64,000 nucleotides of DNA from Phycisphaerales bacterium (GCA_027451365.1 DAIDJN010000026.1:64494-128493), one strand, 5' to 3'. Numbered from the stretch's first letter, positions 1 to 10,950 are shown. Numbers and translations are program-made. The notes: generated by a model from the sequence alone, not told the origin.

Positions 1-257
1 ATTTCAGTGGGTTGCACACCCGCCAGCCGCACGGCCACTTTGCGCCAATGCTGATCGATCCAGAGGGAATGCAGGTGATTGTTAAGATCATAGGAACCGG
101 CAATGGCGGTGAACATACGATTTACGCGGGCGGCCTTATCCACAACCAGATGCGGATTGGCCAAATCGCCCTGCGACCAGGCAGGCCCGGCGGCTGGCGC
201 AGCGGGCGAGCCGATGGGGGTGGAAGATTCAGCAATCGGATGCAGAGTTTCAGTCAT
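1..257 (-). CDS. ubiE: UbiE/MenG-family quinone biosynthesis methyltransferase, N-terminal part (runs off window start; not in ORF track)
   Basis: Manual translation from ATG 257: MTETLH...DKAARVNRMFTAIAGSYDLNNHLHSLWIDQHWRKVAVRLAGVQP matches the V..MF..IA..YD..N...S...D..WR N-terminal signature. Confidence 0.8.
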   Translation of the reverse strand, partial: MTETLHPIAESSTPIGSPAAPAAGPAWSQGDLANPHLVVDKAARVNRMFTAIAGSYDLNNHLHSLWIDQHWRKVAVRLAGVQPTE

Positions 258-613
258 GTTGGCGGCCGACACCTTTCATTTTGGCGGTCTATACCCGCAA
301 TTCAATTATATACCGTTAACGCGGTTCTGGCACATAAACCGGGCGGTAATGGGCAAGGCGGAGTGCAAAAGTATTTTCGGGTGGCTGGGCCACTGAGTCC
401 TGTGCCGGACCGGCAACTGGCAGCGCCCCGTTTAGGTTGGTTAAGACCAGGAACACCGATGATATAGCGGAAACACAATACCCTGTCGTGCCGGGCGGCG
501 CAGGCGCAAATAACGCCAGGAAAGCCTTTGCCACGCCACAACCCAAGGTGGCTCAGGCTCCGGGCCGGACTTCTGACGGGACAAGCGATGGTTGCGGCCG
601 CCGCATTGAAGCG

Positions 614-648
614 AAAAAGGGGAACGCGGCTGATCCACGTTCCCCTTT
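614..648 (-). terminator. Rho-independent terminator of the phosphoesterase gene
   Basis: Minus strand reads AAAGGGGAACG-TGGATCAGCCG-CGTTCCCC-TTTTT: GC stem plus T tract, about 75 nt after the stop at 724. Confidence 0.7.
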
Positions 649-723
649 GTATTGGTTATCCGCCTGGTCGAAGCCACAAGAGTAAATTCACCAGTAGACC
701 GAACCGCGGCGGCTGGCGCATTT

Positions 724-1848
724 TCAGGCCACGCGACGGCGGCGGAACAGCAGGCACGTCAGGCCGATACCAAACAGACACAATGCCGCGGGTTCCGGCG
801 TAACAGTGGTGAACTGGCCGTTATTGTAAGCAAGGTCTGAAGCGGTGGCGCTGGCACCGGCGTAACCAGACCCATACATATCTTCAATTGTTCGCAAAAA
901 ATTGTAATGATTTACATTCTGATTGGATGTGCCGGCCTGAATCAGCGACGGGTCACCTGCCATGACAGTCAGAATCTGGTTGCTGGCTTCCACATAATCG
1001 TTTTCATCCCACGTCACGATCAGCAGACTGTTGTGAGTTTTGGCCCACGTCACGTAGTTGGCCATCTGGGTTTTAAGAAAATTATCGGTATTGGCGATGC
1101 GGACCGCTGTTGAACTTCCGTCGTGGCCGTCGTCGATGGTGTTGGGAATGACCAGCGAAACCTTCGGCAAACTGGAAAAGTCCGTGCCCTGCCAGTTGAC
1201 GTTGGTAAAAGGTTGATCCGCCGACAGCGGCAATTGATTCCCGGTTGGATTGGTGGCCACCCAATTCACCACGGGGTCATGCCGCCGGGCATAACCGGTG
1301 GTCATGGCCGCTCCGGTTGTGGCGTTATCAATGGTGCTGATATTGACATTGCCGTTGGAATCCACCGGCAGGTTCTCCGCATATTGGGTGAAAGACACAT
1401 TCGCGGCGGCAAGCTCGGAGCCAAGGTTGGCACCGGTAAACGGAAGACTGGTGAAATTATTGAAATTGGTTGAACTGGGAAACGCATCGCCGCTGTAATT
1501 GGCACCGGGGCCAAAATTCAGCGGATTGGCGGCTGTACCGTTGGCATCGTTTATGCCCTGATTCCCACCGGCAAAAAAATCGAGGTAATTCGGCTGACTG
1601 GGATGTTCGACACCATGGGAATTGGTGAAAACCAGAGCGCCGTTCAACAGTGTATTGTTGATGTAAGGCGCATCCGTGGTATCGCCAACGACCTGATCAT
1701 AATTTGCGTTTTCCTCCATCACGACGACCACATGCGCAGGCTGGGGTATTCCGGCGGGAACCGATGCCCGCGTCTGTGCCGCCAGGCCGCCGACAACGGC
1801 AATAGCCGCCAGCGAAATAAATTGCGGAATGGATTTGCGTAAGCTCAT
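724..1848 (-). CDS. Secreted acid phosphatase/phosphoesterase-family protein with PEP-CTERM sorting signal
   Basis: Signal peptide; motifs HVVVVMEEN, HPSQPNY, RHDP, DDGHDG, TWDE, NHY; C-terminus TPEPAALCLFGIGLTCLLFRRRR; start moved to ATG 1848 (AGGAGAG SD). Confidence 0.85.
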   Translation of the reverse strand: MSLRKSIPQFISLAAIAVVGGLAAQTRASVPAGIPQPAHVVVVMEENANYDQVVGDTTDAPYINNTLLNGALVFTNSHGVEHPSQPNYLDFFAGGNQGINDANGTAANPLNFGPGANYSGDAFPSSTNFNNFTSLPFTGANLGSELAAANVSFTQYAENLPVDSNGNVNISTIDNATTGAAMTTGYARRHDPVVNWVATNPTGNQLPLSADQPFTNVNWQGTDFSSLPKVSLVIPNTIDDGHDGSSTAVRIANTDNFLKTQMANYVTWAKTHNSLLIVTWDENDYVEASNQILTVMAGDPSLIQAGTSNQNVNHYNFLRTIEDMYGSGYAGASATASDLAYNNGQFTTVTPEPAALCLFGIGLTCLLFRRRRVA

Positions 1849-2065
1849 AAAAACTCTCCTTGAAAACAACATACCCTTCCGCGGAGGGCAACTGGCTGCC
1901 AGTTGCGCCAAAATCCGGACCGGAAGTTGCATGATGCTCGCATGGGTTTGCTAATCCCTGATGAGCAAATGGTTGGTTAAAATTTAATTTTTAGAGCGCG
2001 CCAATTCGACATTGGCAATTGCGGCGAGCCTGTTGCATCGCCTTGAGAAGAAAGGATGCGCCGGT

Positions 2066-2380
2066 TCAGGGCGGCGGCGAATTTAACTTTGGCGACGTCG
2101 GAGCCGGAGGAAGCGGAAACGCCGGTGGCGGCGCGCCATTAATTTCATAATGCCCTTCCGGACCGTAATAAACCGGGCCATAACCCGATTGGCCCAGATA
2201 CCAACCGCTGCCCTGCACATATTGCGGTTGCGGGTGTGCGGTCCAGTCCGCAGGTTGCGAACTGCTTGCAGCCTGTTGAGACTGGCAGCCCGCCAGCAGC
2301 AGTGTGACTGAAAACAACACGACAGCCACCATTGAATGGCTGGAACATTGATTTGGCAGGAAAGACGCGTTCGAATTCAT
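2066..2380 (-). CDS. Small Pro/Tyr/Gly-rich putative lipoprotein
   Basis: GGAG SD before ATG 2380; hydrophobic stretch ending in lipobox LLLAGC; Pro-rich tail. Confidence 0.6.
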   Translation of the reverse strand: MNSNASFLPNQCSSHSMVAVVLFSVTLLLAGCQSQQAASSSQPADWTAHPQPQYVQGSGWYLGQSGYGPVYYGPEGHYEINGAPPPAFPLPPAPTSPKLNSPPP

Positions 2381-2451
2381 GATCGTCTCCATTTTATTCA
2401 GGCATATGACACCCGCCACCGCCGAAGGGATCAGGTCGCCACAAAAACCTG

Positions 2452-2486
2452 AAAGTCCGGGGTGGCGCTATACCACCCCGGACTTT
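2452..2486 (-). terminator. Terminator-like hairpin
   Basis: Perfect 14-bp inverted repeat AAAGTCCGGGGTGG-cgctata-CCACCCCGGACTTT, downstream of 2544..3008. Confidence 0.7.
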
Positions 2487-2543
2487 ATTGTAGACAACGG
2501 AACCCCGGAAGTCGCCTGGCCAGATGAGATGACCGGTGCGGAA

Positions 2544-3008
2544 TCAGCGGCGATCGCCACCGCGATGCCAGCCGCCAAATCGCTGGAAGCGACCACCGTC
2601 GCGGTCGCCACCGCGCCATTGCGGCCGACCGCGCCAGCCGTCACGATCTCCCCAATTCCAGCCTGTATGGAAAACCACCAGCGGTCTGGGTTGATAGTAG
2701 ACCGGTGCCGGTGGCGGACAGTAGGCCGGTGGCGAATAGACGGGCTGGGAATAGACCGGTTGAGGCGCCGGCACGTATTGCGGAGCGTAAACCGGTTGAG
2801 GCGCCGGCGAATAATAGACGGGTGCCGGCGCATAATAAACCGGCGCGGGCCGGAAAATGGGCACGCCGACGTTAATACCGAACCGGAAGCCGTCCGCTTT
2901 GGCGGGTGAACTGATTGCAACAGCACCGGCGGCCGCCAGACCGATAGCAGCCAATTTCATGCCTGCAAGTTTGCCGCCCATGATTGACGATGTTTTCTGC
3001 CAGAACAT
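2544..3008 (-). CDS. Secreted low-complexity protein with PAPVYY (PXPV-like) repeats and a Gly/Arg/Trp-rich tail
   Basis: AAGGAG SD; signal peptide ending SPAKA; repeats PAPVYY/PQPVY; tail GWRGRPQWRGGDRDGG. Confidence 0.75.
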   Translation of the reverse strand: MFWQKTSSIMGGKLAGMKLAAIGLAAAGAVAISSPAKADGFRFGINVGVPIFRPAPVYYAPAPVYYSPAPQPVYAPQYVPAPQPVYSQPVYSPPAYCPPPAPVYYQPRPLVVFHTGWNWGDRDGWRGRPQWRGGDRDGGRFQRFGGWHRGGDRR

Positions 3009-3351
3009 AAATAGCTCCTTTATAAAAAAGCTGTTCCAAACCTCTGGCGAAGGCTGCCGGCCGGTGGCCGGAATTCACTTCAACCTTCCAAGGTATCATA
3101 CGCACCAATTTGTTAATAGTTTCAAAATGTTATTATTTTTATTTTGAATTCTTTATACTGTATAAAATTACATAACTTATCGAAAATAATACCCTAAAAC
3201 GTTAAATATTATCGTTTTTATAAATAATAAGAGTGTCGGACATTCAATTTTGTACTGGCGGTTTCGCAACCACGGCGGTTATACTGCCTTTTCAAAAATG
3301 TACTGGTCAACTGGCGTTAAAGCGAATTAACAGGCTTCGGCAGGAGTTTTT

Positions 3352-5307
3352 ATGAGCACCACCGGCGGCATCGAATCCACACTTCAGGAACAGCGTTCCT
3401 TCCCGCCCGCACCGGAATTTACTGCACAGGCAACAATTAAAACACAGGCCGAATTTGACCTGCTGTATCGCAAATCAATTGATGATCCGGAGACATTCTG
3501 GAAAACGCAGGCAAACGCGTTGCTTTGGGCAAAACCGTTTGATCGTGTGCTTGATTGGAGCAACCCCCCTTTCGCCCGCTGGTTCATCGGCGGAAAAATG
3601 AATATCTCGGCCAATTGCCTGGATCGGCATATTGCGGCGGGAAAAGGCTCCAAGACCGCTCTGCTATGGGAAGGGGAGCCGGGCGACCGCAAGGCACTGA
3701 CATACAGCGAACTCCACCGCGACGTCTGTCGCCTGGCCAACGCCATGACCACCGCCGGAATTCAAGAAGGCGACCGCGTAGCCATCTACATGCCCATGAT
3801 TCCCGAAGCGGTCGTGGCGATGCTGGCATGCGCACGGCTGGGACTGGTGCATACCGTGGTGTTCGGCGGCTTTTCCGCTGAATCGCTGGCGGATCGCGTG
3901 AACGACGCCAAAGCCGTGGCCGTGATTACCGCGGACGGCGGATTCCGCCGGGGCAAAATCGTGGAACTGAAAAAGAATGTGGATGCGGCGCTGCTGAAAA
4001 CACCTTCGGTGAAGCATTGCATTGTGGTGAAGCGCACCGGCCAAAGCGTGGAAATGAAAGCGGGACGCGATATCTGGTACGCCGATTTCGTCGCCCGGGC
4101 GGACGAAAACGCCGCCCCCGCAGCGCTGGACAGTGAACATCCGCTTTTTATTCTGTACACCAGCGGCACCACCGGCAAGCCCAAGGGAGTCGTGCATTCC
4201 ACGGCCGGTTATCTGCTGGGCGCGGCAATGACATGTAAATATATATTCGATTTAAAAGATAATGATGTGTACTGGTGCACCGCGGATATCGGCTGGGTGA
4301 CCGGACACAGCTACATGGTGTATGGACCACTGGCGTGCGGGGCCACCGTGGTGATGTATGAAGGCGCGCCAAACCATCCTGATTGCGGCCGATTCTGGGA
4401 CTTGATTCAACGGTATAAAGTCAGCGTGTTTTATACCGCCCCCACGGCCATACGCGCTTTTGTAAAATGGGGCGACGAATACCCCAATCAATACAATCTT
4501 AAATCGCTGCGGCTGCTGGGAACCGTCGGCGAACCGATCAACCCCGAAGCCTGGATGTGGTACCACCGCGTGATTGGCGGCGGGCGATGTCCCATCGTGG
4601 ACACCTGGTGGCAGACGGAAACCGGCGCAATCATGTGTTCCCCCATGCCGGGCATTACCGCGACAACCCCCGGCAGCTGCGCGATCCCGTTTTTCGGTGT
4701 GGACCTGGCCGTCGTAGACCGTCAGGGCAATGAGCTTCCCGCCAACACCGGTGGCTATCTGGTGATTCGCAAGCCGTGGCCCAGCATGTTGCGCGGTGTA
4801 TATGGCGACGACCAGCGGTTCCGCCAGCAATATTGGCGGGACATTCCGCCGTTTTATTTCACCGGTGACGGCGCCCGCCGCGATGAAAAAGGTTTTTTCT
4901 GGGTCATGGGCCGCGTGGATGATGTGGTCAATGTTGCCGGCCACCGGCTGGGCACGATGGAAGTGGAAAGTGCCCTGGTCGCGCATGCCAGCGTAGCCGA
5001 AGCCGCGGTGGTGGGCCGGCCCGATGAACTCAAGGGTCAATCGCTTTGCGCGTTTGTGACGCTCAAGGCCGGCCGCGCGCCGGATGACAAGCTTAAGGAT
5101 GAATTAAAAGCCTGGGTCACGAAAGAAATAGGCGCGATTGCCCGCCCGGATGAATTGCGTTTCACGGAAGGCCTCCCCAAGACGCGATCGGGCAAAATTA
5201 TGCGTCGGCTGTTGCGCGACATTGCCGCCGGTAAAGAGTCCGTTGGAGATACCAGCACGCTTGAAGACTACAGTGTGCTGGCCAGCCTGCGGGCGGACCA
5301 GGAATAA
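3352..5307 (+). CDS. acs: Acetyl-CoA synthetase
   Basis: [14 protein letters not shown]-binding loop, [42 protein letters not shown]. Confidence 0.97.
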   Translation: MSTTGGIESTLQEQRSFPPAPEFTAQATIKTQAEFDLLYRKSIDDPETFWKTQANALLWAKPFDRVLDWSNPPFARWFIGGKMNISANCLDRHIAAGKGSKTALLWEGEPGDRKALTYSELHRDVCRLANAMTTAGIQEGDRVAIYMPMIPEAVVAMLACARLGLVHTVVFGGFSAESLADRVNDAKAVAVITADGGFRRGKIVELKKNVDAALLKTPSVKHCIVVKRTGQSVEMKAGRDIWYADFVARADENAAPAALDSEHPLFILYTSGTTGKPKGVVHSTAGYLLGAAMTCKYIFDLKDNDVYWCTADIGWVTGHSYMVYGPLACGATVVMYEGAPNHPDCGRFWDLIQRYKVSVFYTAPTAIRAFVKWGDEYPNQYNLKSLRLLGTVGEPINPEAWMWYHRVIGGGRCPIVDTWWQTETGAIMCSPMPGITATTPGSCAIPFFGVDLAVVDRQGNELPANTGGYLVIRKPWPSMLRGVYGDDQRFRQQYWRDIPPFYFTGDGARRDEKGFFWVMGRVDDVVNVAGHRLGTMEVESALVAHASVAEAAVVGRPDELKGQSLCAFVTLKAGRAPDDKLKDELKAWVTKEIGAIARPDELRFTEGLPKTRSGKIMRRLLRDIAAGKESVGDTSTLEDYSVLASLRADQE

Positions 5308-5423
5308 GGCCCTGTTCGCGCCGCGCAGCGCAAGCCGCGGATAAACCGAAATTCAAGCCATATATCACCAGTCAGGCACACGGCAGTGACCACAAAAATA
5401 TTCGCGCCATGCCGCGCGGAATT

Positions 5424-6581
5424 TCAACTTTCCAAAGTCGCCGTCGGCGTTCGGGTACCTGATTGCACAGCCGCCGTGGCTGTGTAGAAATGCCGCAACT
5501 TGGTGGACATGTAGCCCACCTGGTGAAACGTAAGTTTGGACGTTCGAAAAAGGCGCACGGGCTTTCTCCGCCGCAACGTCATCACCAGCACACGCATTTC
5601 CGTTCGCTGTGTATGCCCTGCGTTGACCGTTTGGACTGTAAAATGGAGAATCTCTTCGGCCGGCCAGCGTTGCGTGCGGCCAAGCGGCCAAGGCCTGATT
5701 TTCAGGCTGAATTCTTCCGGTGTGGCCACCAGCAGCAGGGTGCGAAACTCTCCAAGAATCAGCAGTCCAAGGCCCGCCGCCGCCACCAGCATCGGTAGAA
5801 CCATCCAGATGAGGAACTTGCCGTGCGGCGAATAATTCAGAAAATAGATGACAGGAACAAGCGAAAACCCGATGAGAATCGATGCCCATCCGCTGGTCGG
5901 CATGATCTTTTTAAGTTCCATTACCAGCAGCCGGTCCGTGGCGACCACAGTTAGGCGCTTATCCGGTGGCGGGGCCGGATAATCCCACAAATCCGCCGCT
6001 TCAGCCACGGGAAGGCCCGCCATGGGAGCCGCCGCACCGGACGCCATGGTGGAATTGATACAATCAACTTGCAGTTCTAAAATTCGCTCGACCGCGGCCC
6101 CCATGCTGCGAAGCGCCGGCTCTGGCCCACGGACAAGAATAAGCGGCTTGCCCGTCGTACGCCTGACCGCGAAAAGCCAATTACCCTTATCATCTGCGGC
6201 CGGCGAAAGCCGCGCGTCAATTAGTTCGTTTCGATCCAGACTGATCGGCTTTCCCCACGCGCGGCTGCCTTGTTTTATGGTCAGAGCCGCAGATCGAATG
6301 GTCACAGACACCGGTGAGAAGCGCCGCCCCTGGGCTCTGATAATGCTGGCCAAGGCCACTACCAGCACGATGCCGGCCTTTACAATAAAAGCCGTATCTA
6401 CAATGTGCCTTTGACTGATAAAAAAGATTCCTGCCGCCAGCGCGAAGTACAGGATTGCATGTTTCATAGGCCCCAATGATTTCCATGGAGATAGAGCCAC
6501 TTTTTGTGGCGGAAAAATATATTGCACACCGCCCGGAAATTCCCTTACGCGCACGTCGCTAATAGTCGTATCAGTGGGCAT
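5424..6581 (-). CDS. Hypothetical membrane protein (two TM-hairpin plus soluble-domain units)
   Basis: 385-aa ORF, GAGG SD, two pairs of hydrophobic helices each followed by a beta-rich segment; no family recognised. Confidence 0.6.
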   Translation of the reverse strand: MPTDTTISDVRVREFPGGVQYIFPPQKVALSPWKSLGPMKHAILYFALAAGIFFISQRHIVDTAFIVKAGIVLVVALASIIRAQGRRFSPVSVTIRSAALTIKQGSRAWGKPISLDRNELIDARLSPAADDKGNWLFAVRRTTGKPLILVRGPEPALRSMGAAVERILELQVDCINSTMASGAAAPMAGLPVAEAADLWDYPAPPPDKRLTVVATDRLLVMELKKIMPTSGWASILIGFSLVPVIYFLNYSPHGKFLIWMVLPMLVAAAGLGLLILGEFRTLLLVATPEEFSLKIRPWPLGRTQRWPAEEILHFTVQTVNAGHTQRTEMRVLVMTLRRRKPVRLFRTSKLTFHQVGYMSTKLRHFYTATAAVQSGTRTPTATLES

Positions 6582-7240
6582 GCGAATTCCTCGGTCGACC
6601 CAAAATATTTGTGTTACCGGAAGCGGCCACTTTATCCCGCTTCACCGCGCCGCACAACCACACAAACGCGCACCTGACCGAGGCACCAAGCTGCGATGCA
6701 AATAGCGCGGAAACAATCTTGACGGTATCACTGATTTTGCGGATCCGCCTGGACTGGGCAATTTTTCATGGCCGCCTTGTTGCTGAGCTGCGTGAGCCGC
6801 AATGGCCAGGGAGTTCGCAGTTCATGTACAACGGCTGGAACCCCCAATAAAAGGCCGAATTTATGGCAAAATCTACCGAAGTAAATGTATCACGGTGAGG
6901 CGAGAGGAGTATACTTTAATGCCAGTTCGGGCACTATGCAGGCATATCTTTCGATGGTTGCACAGTCGCACAAAACCCGAACAGAATTATTCCGCTTTTA
7001 CGAATAAAATCATAAACAAACGCCCCATAAACGAAAAATTGTCGATTTGCCGCTGAACCTCTAAAGTTTTTGCATCAATTGCAATATCGAAGCGTTAGAA
7101 TCGGGGGAAGGGAGTTAATTCCCGGTAACCGAAACACTGAATCGGGTGTAGTACCAGACAGTGATAAAAATTTAGCTCGTAGCTGGCTGTGTGGGCCGGC
7201 TCGAGTGAAGCGAAAAATGATTGGATTCATGGAGAGCCTT

Positions 7241-8287
7241 ATGAACACGAGCAACCGTCGAACCGTGGCGCAAGAGTTTTTTTCTACCATCTCGGCCACC
7301 CGCGGCACCCAACGTGCTGGCGGTTTTACGCTAATTGAATTGCTGGTTGTGATTTCAATTATTGCGCTTCTTATTTCGCTGCTTCTGCCCGCATTGGCCA
7401 CGGCTAAACGACAGGCTGAAACCGTGGCATGTTCCAGCAATGAACGCCAGCTTGTGATTACGCTTCAGGAATATGTGCAAACAAACGACGGGTTCTTCCC
7501 GCTTAACGGCATTCTGTTCCCGCATCCGGCAAGATATGCGCCATACAAGGGTGCGGGGGCATCTGATCCGCAAGATGCCGCCACTGCTCAAATCTGGAAC
7601 AATACCCAAGACTGGAAACTGACCTTCGGCGCGCTGTACCCGTTCCTCAGCAAAACACCCATGGGTCAATATGCCGCCGCGGCGGGAGGGACCAGTGGCG
7701 GAAGCGGATCGGGAACTGGCGGGACCGCAGCCGGTTCCACACCGCCAAGTCTAAATCCGGCGGTAAATTCCTTCGCCAGAATTTTCATGTGCCCGGCCGA
7801 CTTGGGAAACCGCACCAATCCTCAGGCCCTTACCATGTCCAGCAATTGGCAGACCGTGCAAGTGGGGCCGCAAGGCAGCGGCGGGTATTGGAGCTATTCG
7901 ATCAATTCCCTTCTGAACTCGCAATCGGGAACGCTGACGGCTATTTTCGGCTCCAATCCAGATGGCACACCCGCCACACCGTGGGGTTACCCCATGCGGG
8001 CGGCCACGATCACCAATCCAAAATTCGCGGTATTTCTTGAAGAATCCGCCACTAAATCGTCATTCAATGATGAAGTGCTTGACCCGCCGGCGTTTAATCC
8101 GACGGACAAACTCACCACCCGACATGAAGGCGGCGGCAACATTGGCTTCTGGGATGGCCATGTGGAACTGGTCCCCGGCGCGGAATACAATAACGTTCCG
8201 CAGGTGGGCCAGGGCGCGGGTACGGTTACCGCAGATATCGCCATGGAACAGCCGGTCGTTCGCTGGTTCTTCCCCAACGGCCAATAA
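7241..8287 (+). CDS. Prepilin-type N-terminal cleavage/methylation protein with H-X9-DG C-terminal motif
   Basis: [52 protein letters not shown] before ATG 7241. Confidence 0.9.
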   Translation: MNTSNRRTVAQEFFSTISATRGTQRAGGFTLIELLVVISIIALLISLLLPALATAKRQAETVACSSNERQLVITLQEYVQTNDGFFPLNGILFPHPARYAPYKGAGASDPQDAATAQIWNNTQDWKLTFGALYPFLSKTPMGQYAAAAGGTSGGSGSGTGGTAAGSTPPSLNPAVNSFARIFMCPADLGNRTNPQALTMSSNWQTVQVGPQGSGGYWSYSINSLLNSQSGTLTAIFGSNPDGTPATPWGYPMRAATITNPKFAVFLEESATKSSFNDEVLDPPAFNPTDKLTTRHEGGGNIGFWDGHVELVPGAEYNNVPQVGQGAGTVTADIAMEQPVVRWFFPNGQ

Positions 8288-8712
8288 CCGCTCGGGCAAC
8301 TGCGGTATATCCGCATGAATAAAAACTGCGCGACCAACGGGCGCGGATTATTCATCGGTGCCCCGCGCATACAAAGGGCGCACCGTCCTTTCGCAGAGCC
8401 AACAGTCAGCTTGACAGCCAATATTTTTTAAGCCGCCGAGCGCTGTCACAACAGTATGTCAGGGTTGACCAGTAATCCCGGCGTTTCCAAGTGTGTCATT
8501 TGTGAAACAGTTTTCATAAAATTTTGCCGCGACAAACCACTGGTCCCATAATAAGTCGCTTTTACACCATCTACTAAGCAGAAGCCCGCGCCCACCAGAC
8601 GCTGTCAGATAATATTGCCCGCCCCGGTATCCGAAGGCCAGATTGATTTGCTATAATATACTTACCTTCACTTAAGTTGTCGAAAGTTTCTGGCGATGCG
8701 GAGTACATAACG

Positions 8713-10137
8713 ATGGCGGATAAAATTTCCCACTTATTTTTGGGTTGCGGTAAATTGTTGCCCCCTGCGGCCGTGCTGCTACTTGCCGCTCTCCCGGCAG
8801 CCGCCTTCGCCGATACGCTCAACATTAACGGTGTTCTGCCCGCGGCGGCGGATCAACCGCAAATCAACGCGGTCCTGAGATCCACCGCCAACGGCCCGGA
8901 TCTTACGACATCAGGCGGATATTATACCATTCAAGCCTTTCTGGATTCCGGTACCAGCGGCATTCTGCTGTCCAACAGCACCTGGAACGCATTGGGCCTG
9001 GGAACCAGCACAGCGAGTGGCTCCAGCGCATCGCCGGTGGTTTTTCATGATGTCGCCATCGGCGGAACCAATCCCTACTACGTTTCGACGCCTTATTATC
9101 TGGCGACAGCACCTTTCAGTATAAATACCGATCAGAATCTGGGTGGAACGCCGCCACCACAAAACGCCTTCGGCAACACCATTGGCCCGGTGCAACTGGA
9201 ACTTAGCGAATCGCCTAATCCACTAAGCTACCTGACGGGTCCAATTGACATCATGGGGGCACCGGTGATGCAGGGCAATGTAACGGTTATGGATATCGGC
9301 CCAGCCAATAATTTTGCCAGCCTCACCAATCCGGGCGAAACTCAAACCTATATTTACAGCCCCAACACGCTGTACGCGCCTGCCACAATTAACACCAATC
9401 CGGGGATTGTACCCACGAAATATCATGTGCAGATGAGTTACGCCTCATTCGCACAATTCACTTCCACCACCCCCACCGGTGCCACCGGTCCAACACTGGC
9501 TGATAACCCGTTTATTGGAGCCAACCCTGTTGCGGCCTTTAACGGTACACCACAGGCCAACAGTCCCCCCGGAGTTACGATTGCCTTTAACGGAAAAAGC
9601 GCCACTGGCAGCTTCCTTTTTGACACCGGCGCGGCGGCCTCTTTTATCTCTCAGGCCATGGCTGCCAAGCTCGGTGTCGCCTATACCGCCGGCACTTATG
9701 AAAGCAACAACCCCTCCCTTATTTCCACTGTCACCGGCCAACCATTGGCCAATCAATTCACTATTTCTGTTTCCGGCGCTGGCGGAGCGCTGGTCACCGC
9801 AGCTGGCTTTTACCTGGATTCTCTTTCGCTGCAAACCACAGAAGGCACCACTATTTCCTTCAACAGCGCACCAGTTCTGGTGCAGGATGTCACCGTCACG
9901 GATCCAACCACCCTTAAATCCCTCACCTTGGATGGCGATCTGGGCATGAACTTTTTTGAACCCAGTTCCACCACCGACTTAAGCCAGATCAACGCCGCGC
10001 CCTTTAACTGGGTCACCATCGACCAGCCCAACGGCCTACTCGGACTGACGCCCGTTCCGGAACCGGCATCCGCACTTTTACTCATCGGCCTTGTGCCGCT
10101 GCTGCGCCGGAGAGCATTCCAGAAAATGCCCCGCTGA
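8713..10137 (+). CDS. Secreted two-lobed aspartyl protease-like protein with PEP-CTERM
   Basis: Signal peptide; two catalytic-type motifs FLDSGTS and LFDTGAA, each followed later by a hydrophobic-Gly motif (DIMG, GDLG); VPEPASALLLIGLVPLLRRR. Confidence 0.8.
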   Translation: MADKISHLFLGCGKLLPPAAVLLLAALPAAAFADTLNINGVLPAAADQPQINAVLRSTANGPDLTTSGGYYTIQAFLDSGTSGILLSNSTWNALGLGTSTASGSSASPVVFHDVAIGGTNPYYVSTPYYLATAPFSINTDQNLGGTPPPQNAFGNTIGPVQLELSESPNPLSYLTGPIDIMGAPVMQGNVTVMDIGPANNFASLTNPGETQTYIYSPNTLYAPATINTNPGIVPTKYHVQMSYASFAQFTSTTPTGATGPTLADNPFIGANPVAAFNGTPQANSPPGVTIAFNGKSATGSFLFDTGAAASFISQAMAAKLGVAYTAGTYESNNPSLISTVTGQPLANQFTISVSGAGGALVTAAGFYLDSLSLQTTEGTTISFNSAPVLVQDVTVTDPTTLKSLTLDGDLGMNFFEPSSTTDLSQINAAPFNWVTIDQPNGLLGLTPVPEPASALLLIGLVPLLRRRAFQKMPR

Positions 10138-10235
10138 TTCCGCACATGATGTCGCAGGGCCGATTGGTCGCGTCCTTGAACTTAGCCCGTAAATCCTTTC
10201 AGGACCGGCGGAACCGGCCCAAGGCTCAAATCCTC

Positions 10236-10265
10236 CGCCGTGCCCCTGTCCATCGGGGCACGGCG
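10236..10265. terminator. GC-rich hairpin after the aspartyl protease gene
   Basis: CGCCGTGCCCC-tgtccatc-GGGGCACGGCG, 11-bp stem; no clear U tract. Confidence 0.4.
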
Positions 10266-10341
10266 CGTTCGATTCCCAAAGCAGTCAGCGGTATACTTAT
10301 TTAAACCTGATTCAGGTTAAATTCCGGAAAGGACCCGCTTC

Positions 10342-10902
10342 ATGGCTGACATGACACCGCAACCCGTTAACCCCAACGATGAATATGACCTGACGCCGCC
10401 GTCGGCGGCAAGCTCAACTGTCCAGCCCGCAACTGCGTCCGGGCCGGCCACATCGCCAGCGGCGGACCGCAATGTGCGGCAAACCGCATCGGCCCCCGCC
10501 GGAGACCCCAATGCTGCCGAAACCGCCGCCAAAGCGGAAGCCGCCGCGGCCGCGGCGCTGGCAGATGCGGAAGACATTCGTGAAAACAGGGCACTTGCAT
10601 CCGTGGCCTACATGGGGCCGCTGGTTCTGGTGCCGCTGATTTTTGGCCGTACATCGCCATTTGTACGGCATCATACCAATCAGGGATTTCTTCTGTTTGT
10701 GGCGGAAATATTTGTCTGGGCGGCGTTGCAGGCGCTGGCCATTCCCGCTCTGGTTATTCCGCCGTTGCCGCCATTACTGGGCCTGACGGCGTTTGTGGCA
10801 TGGATCGCATTTTTTGTATTTTCACTTCGCGGTCTGGCGAGTGCACTTAATGGGCATCGCAGCGAAGTGCCCATCATTGGAATTCATAAAGTGGTCGAAT
10901 GA
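10342..10902 (+). CDS. DUF4870-like small membrane protein with disordered Ala/Pro-rich N-terminus
   Basis: ENRALASVAY...LVPL...SPFVRHHTNQG...PIIG pattern with three hydrophobic helices. Confidence 0.75.
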   Translation: MADMTPQPVNPNDEYDLTPPSAASSTVQPATASGPATSPAADRNVRQTASAPAGDPNAAETAAKAEAAAAAALADAEDIRENRALASVAYMGPLVLVPLIFGRTSPFVRHHTNQGFLLFVAEIFVWAALQALAIPALVIPPLPPLLGLTAFVAWIAFFVFSLRGLASALNGHRSEVPIIGIHKVVE

Positions 10903-10950
10903 TCCCATCGCGGCAATTCGGTTTCACCGCCCGCCAGGAGGCTAAACACC

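Noticed and set aside
6600..7240. Riboswitch (e.g. c-di-GMP) in the long leader of the prepilin gene
   Set aside because: No recognisable consensus (GGCAAA lacks the paired GACGCAAA-type elements); would need an Infernal/Rfam search.
10262..10277. GTTCGATTCCC tRNA T-loop-like sequence
   Set aside because: Flanks do not pair as a T stem; the adjacent structure is a simple hairpin.
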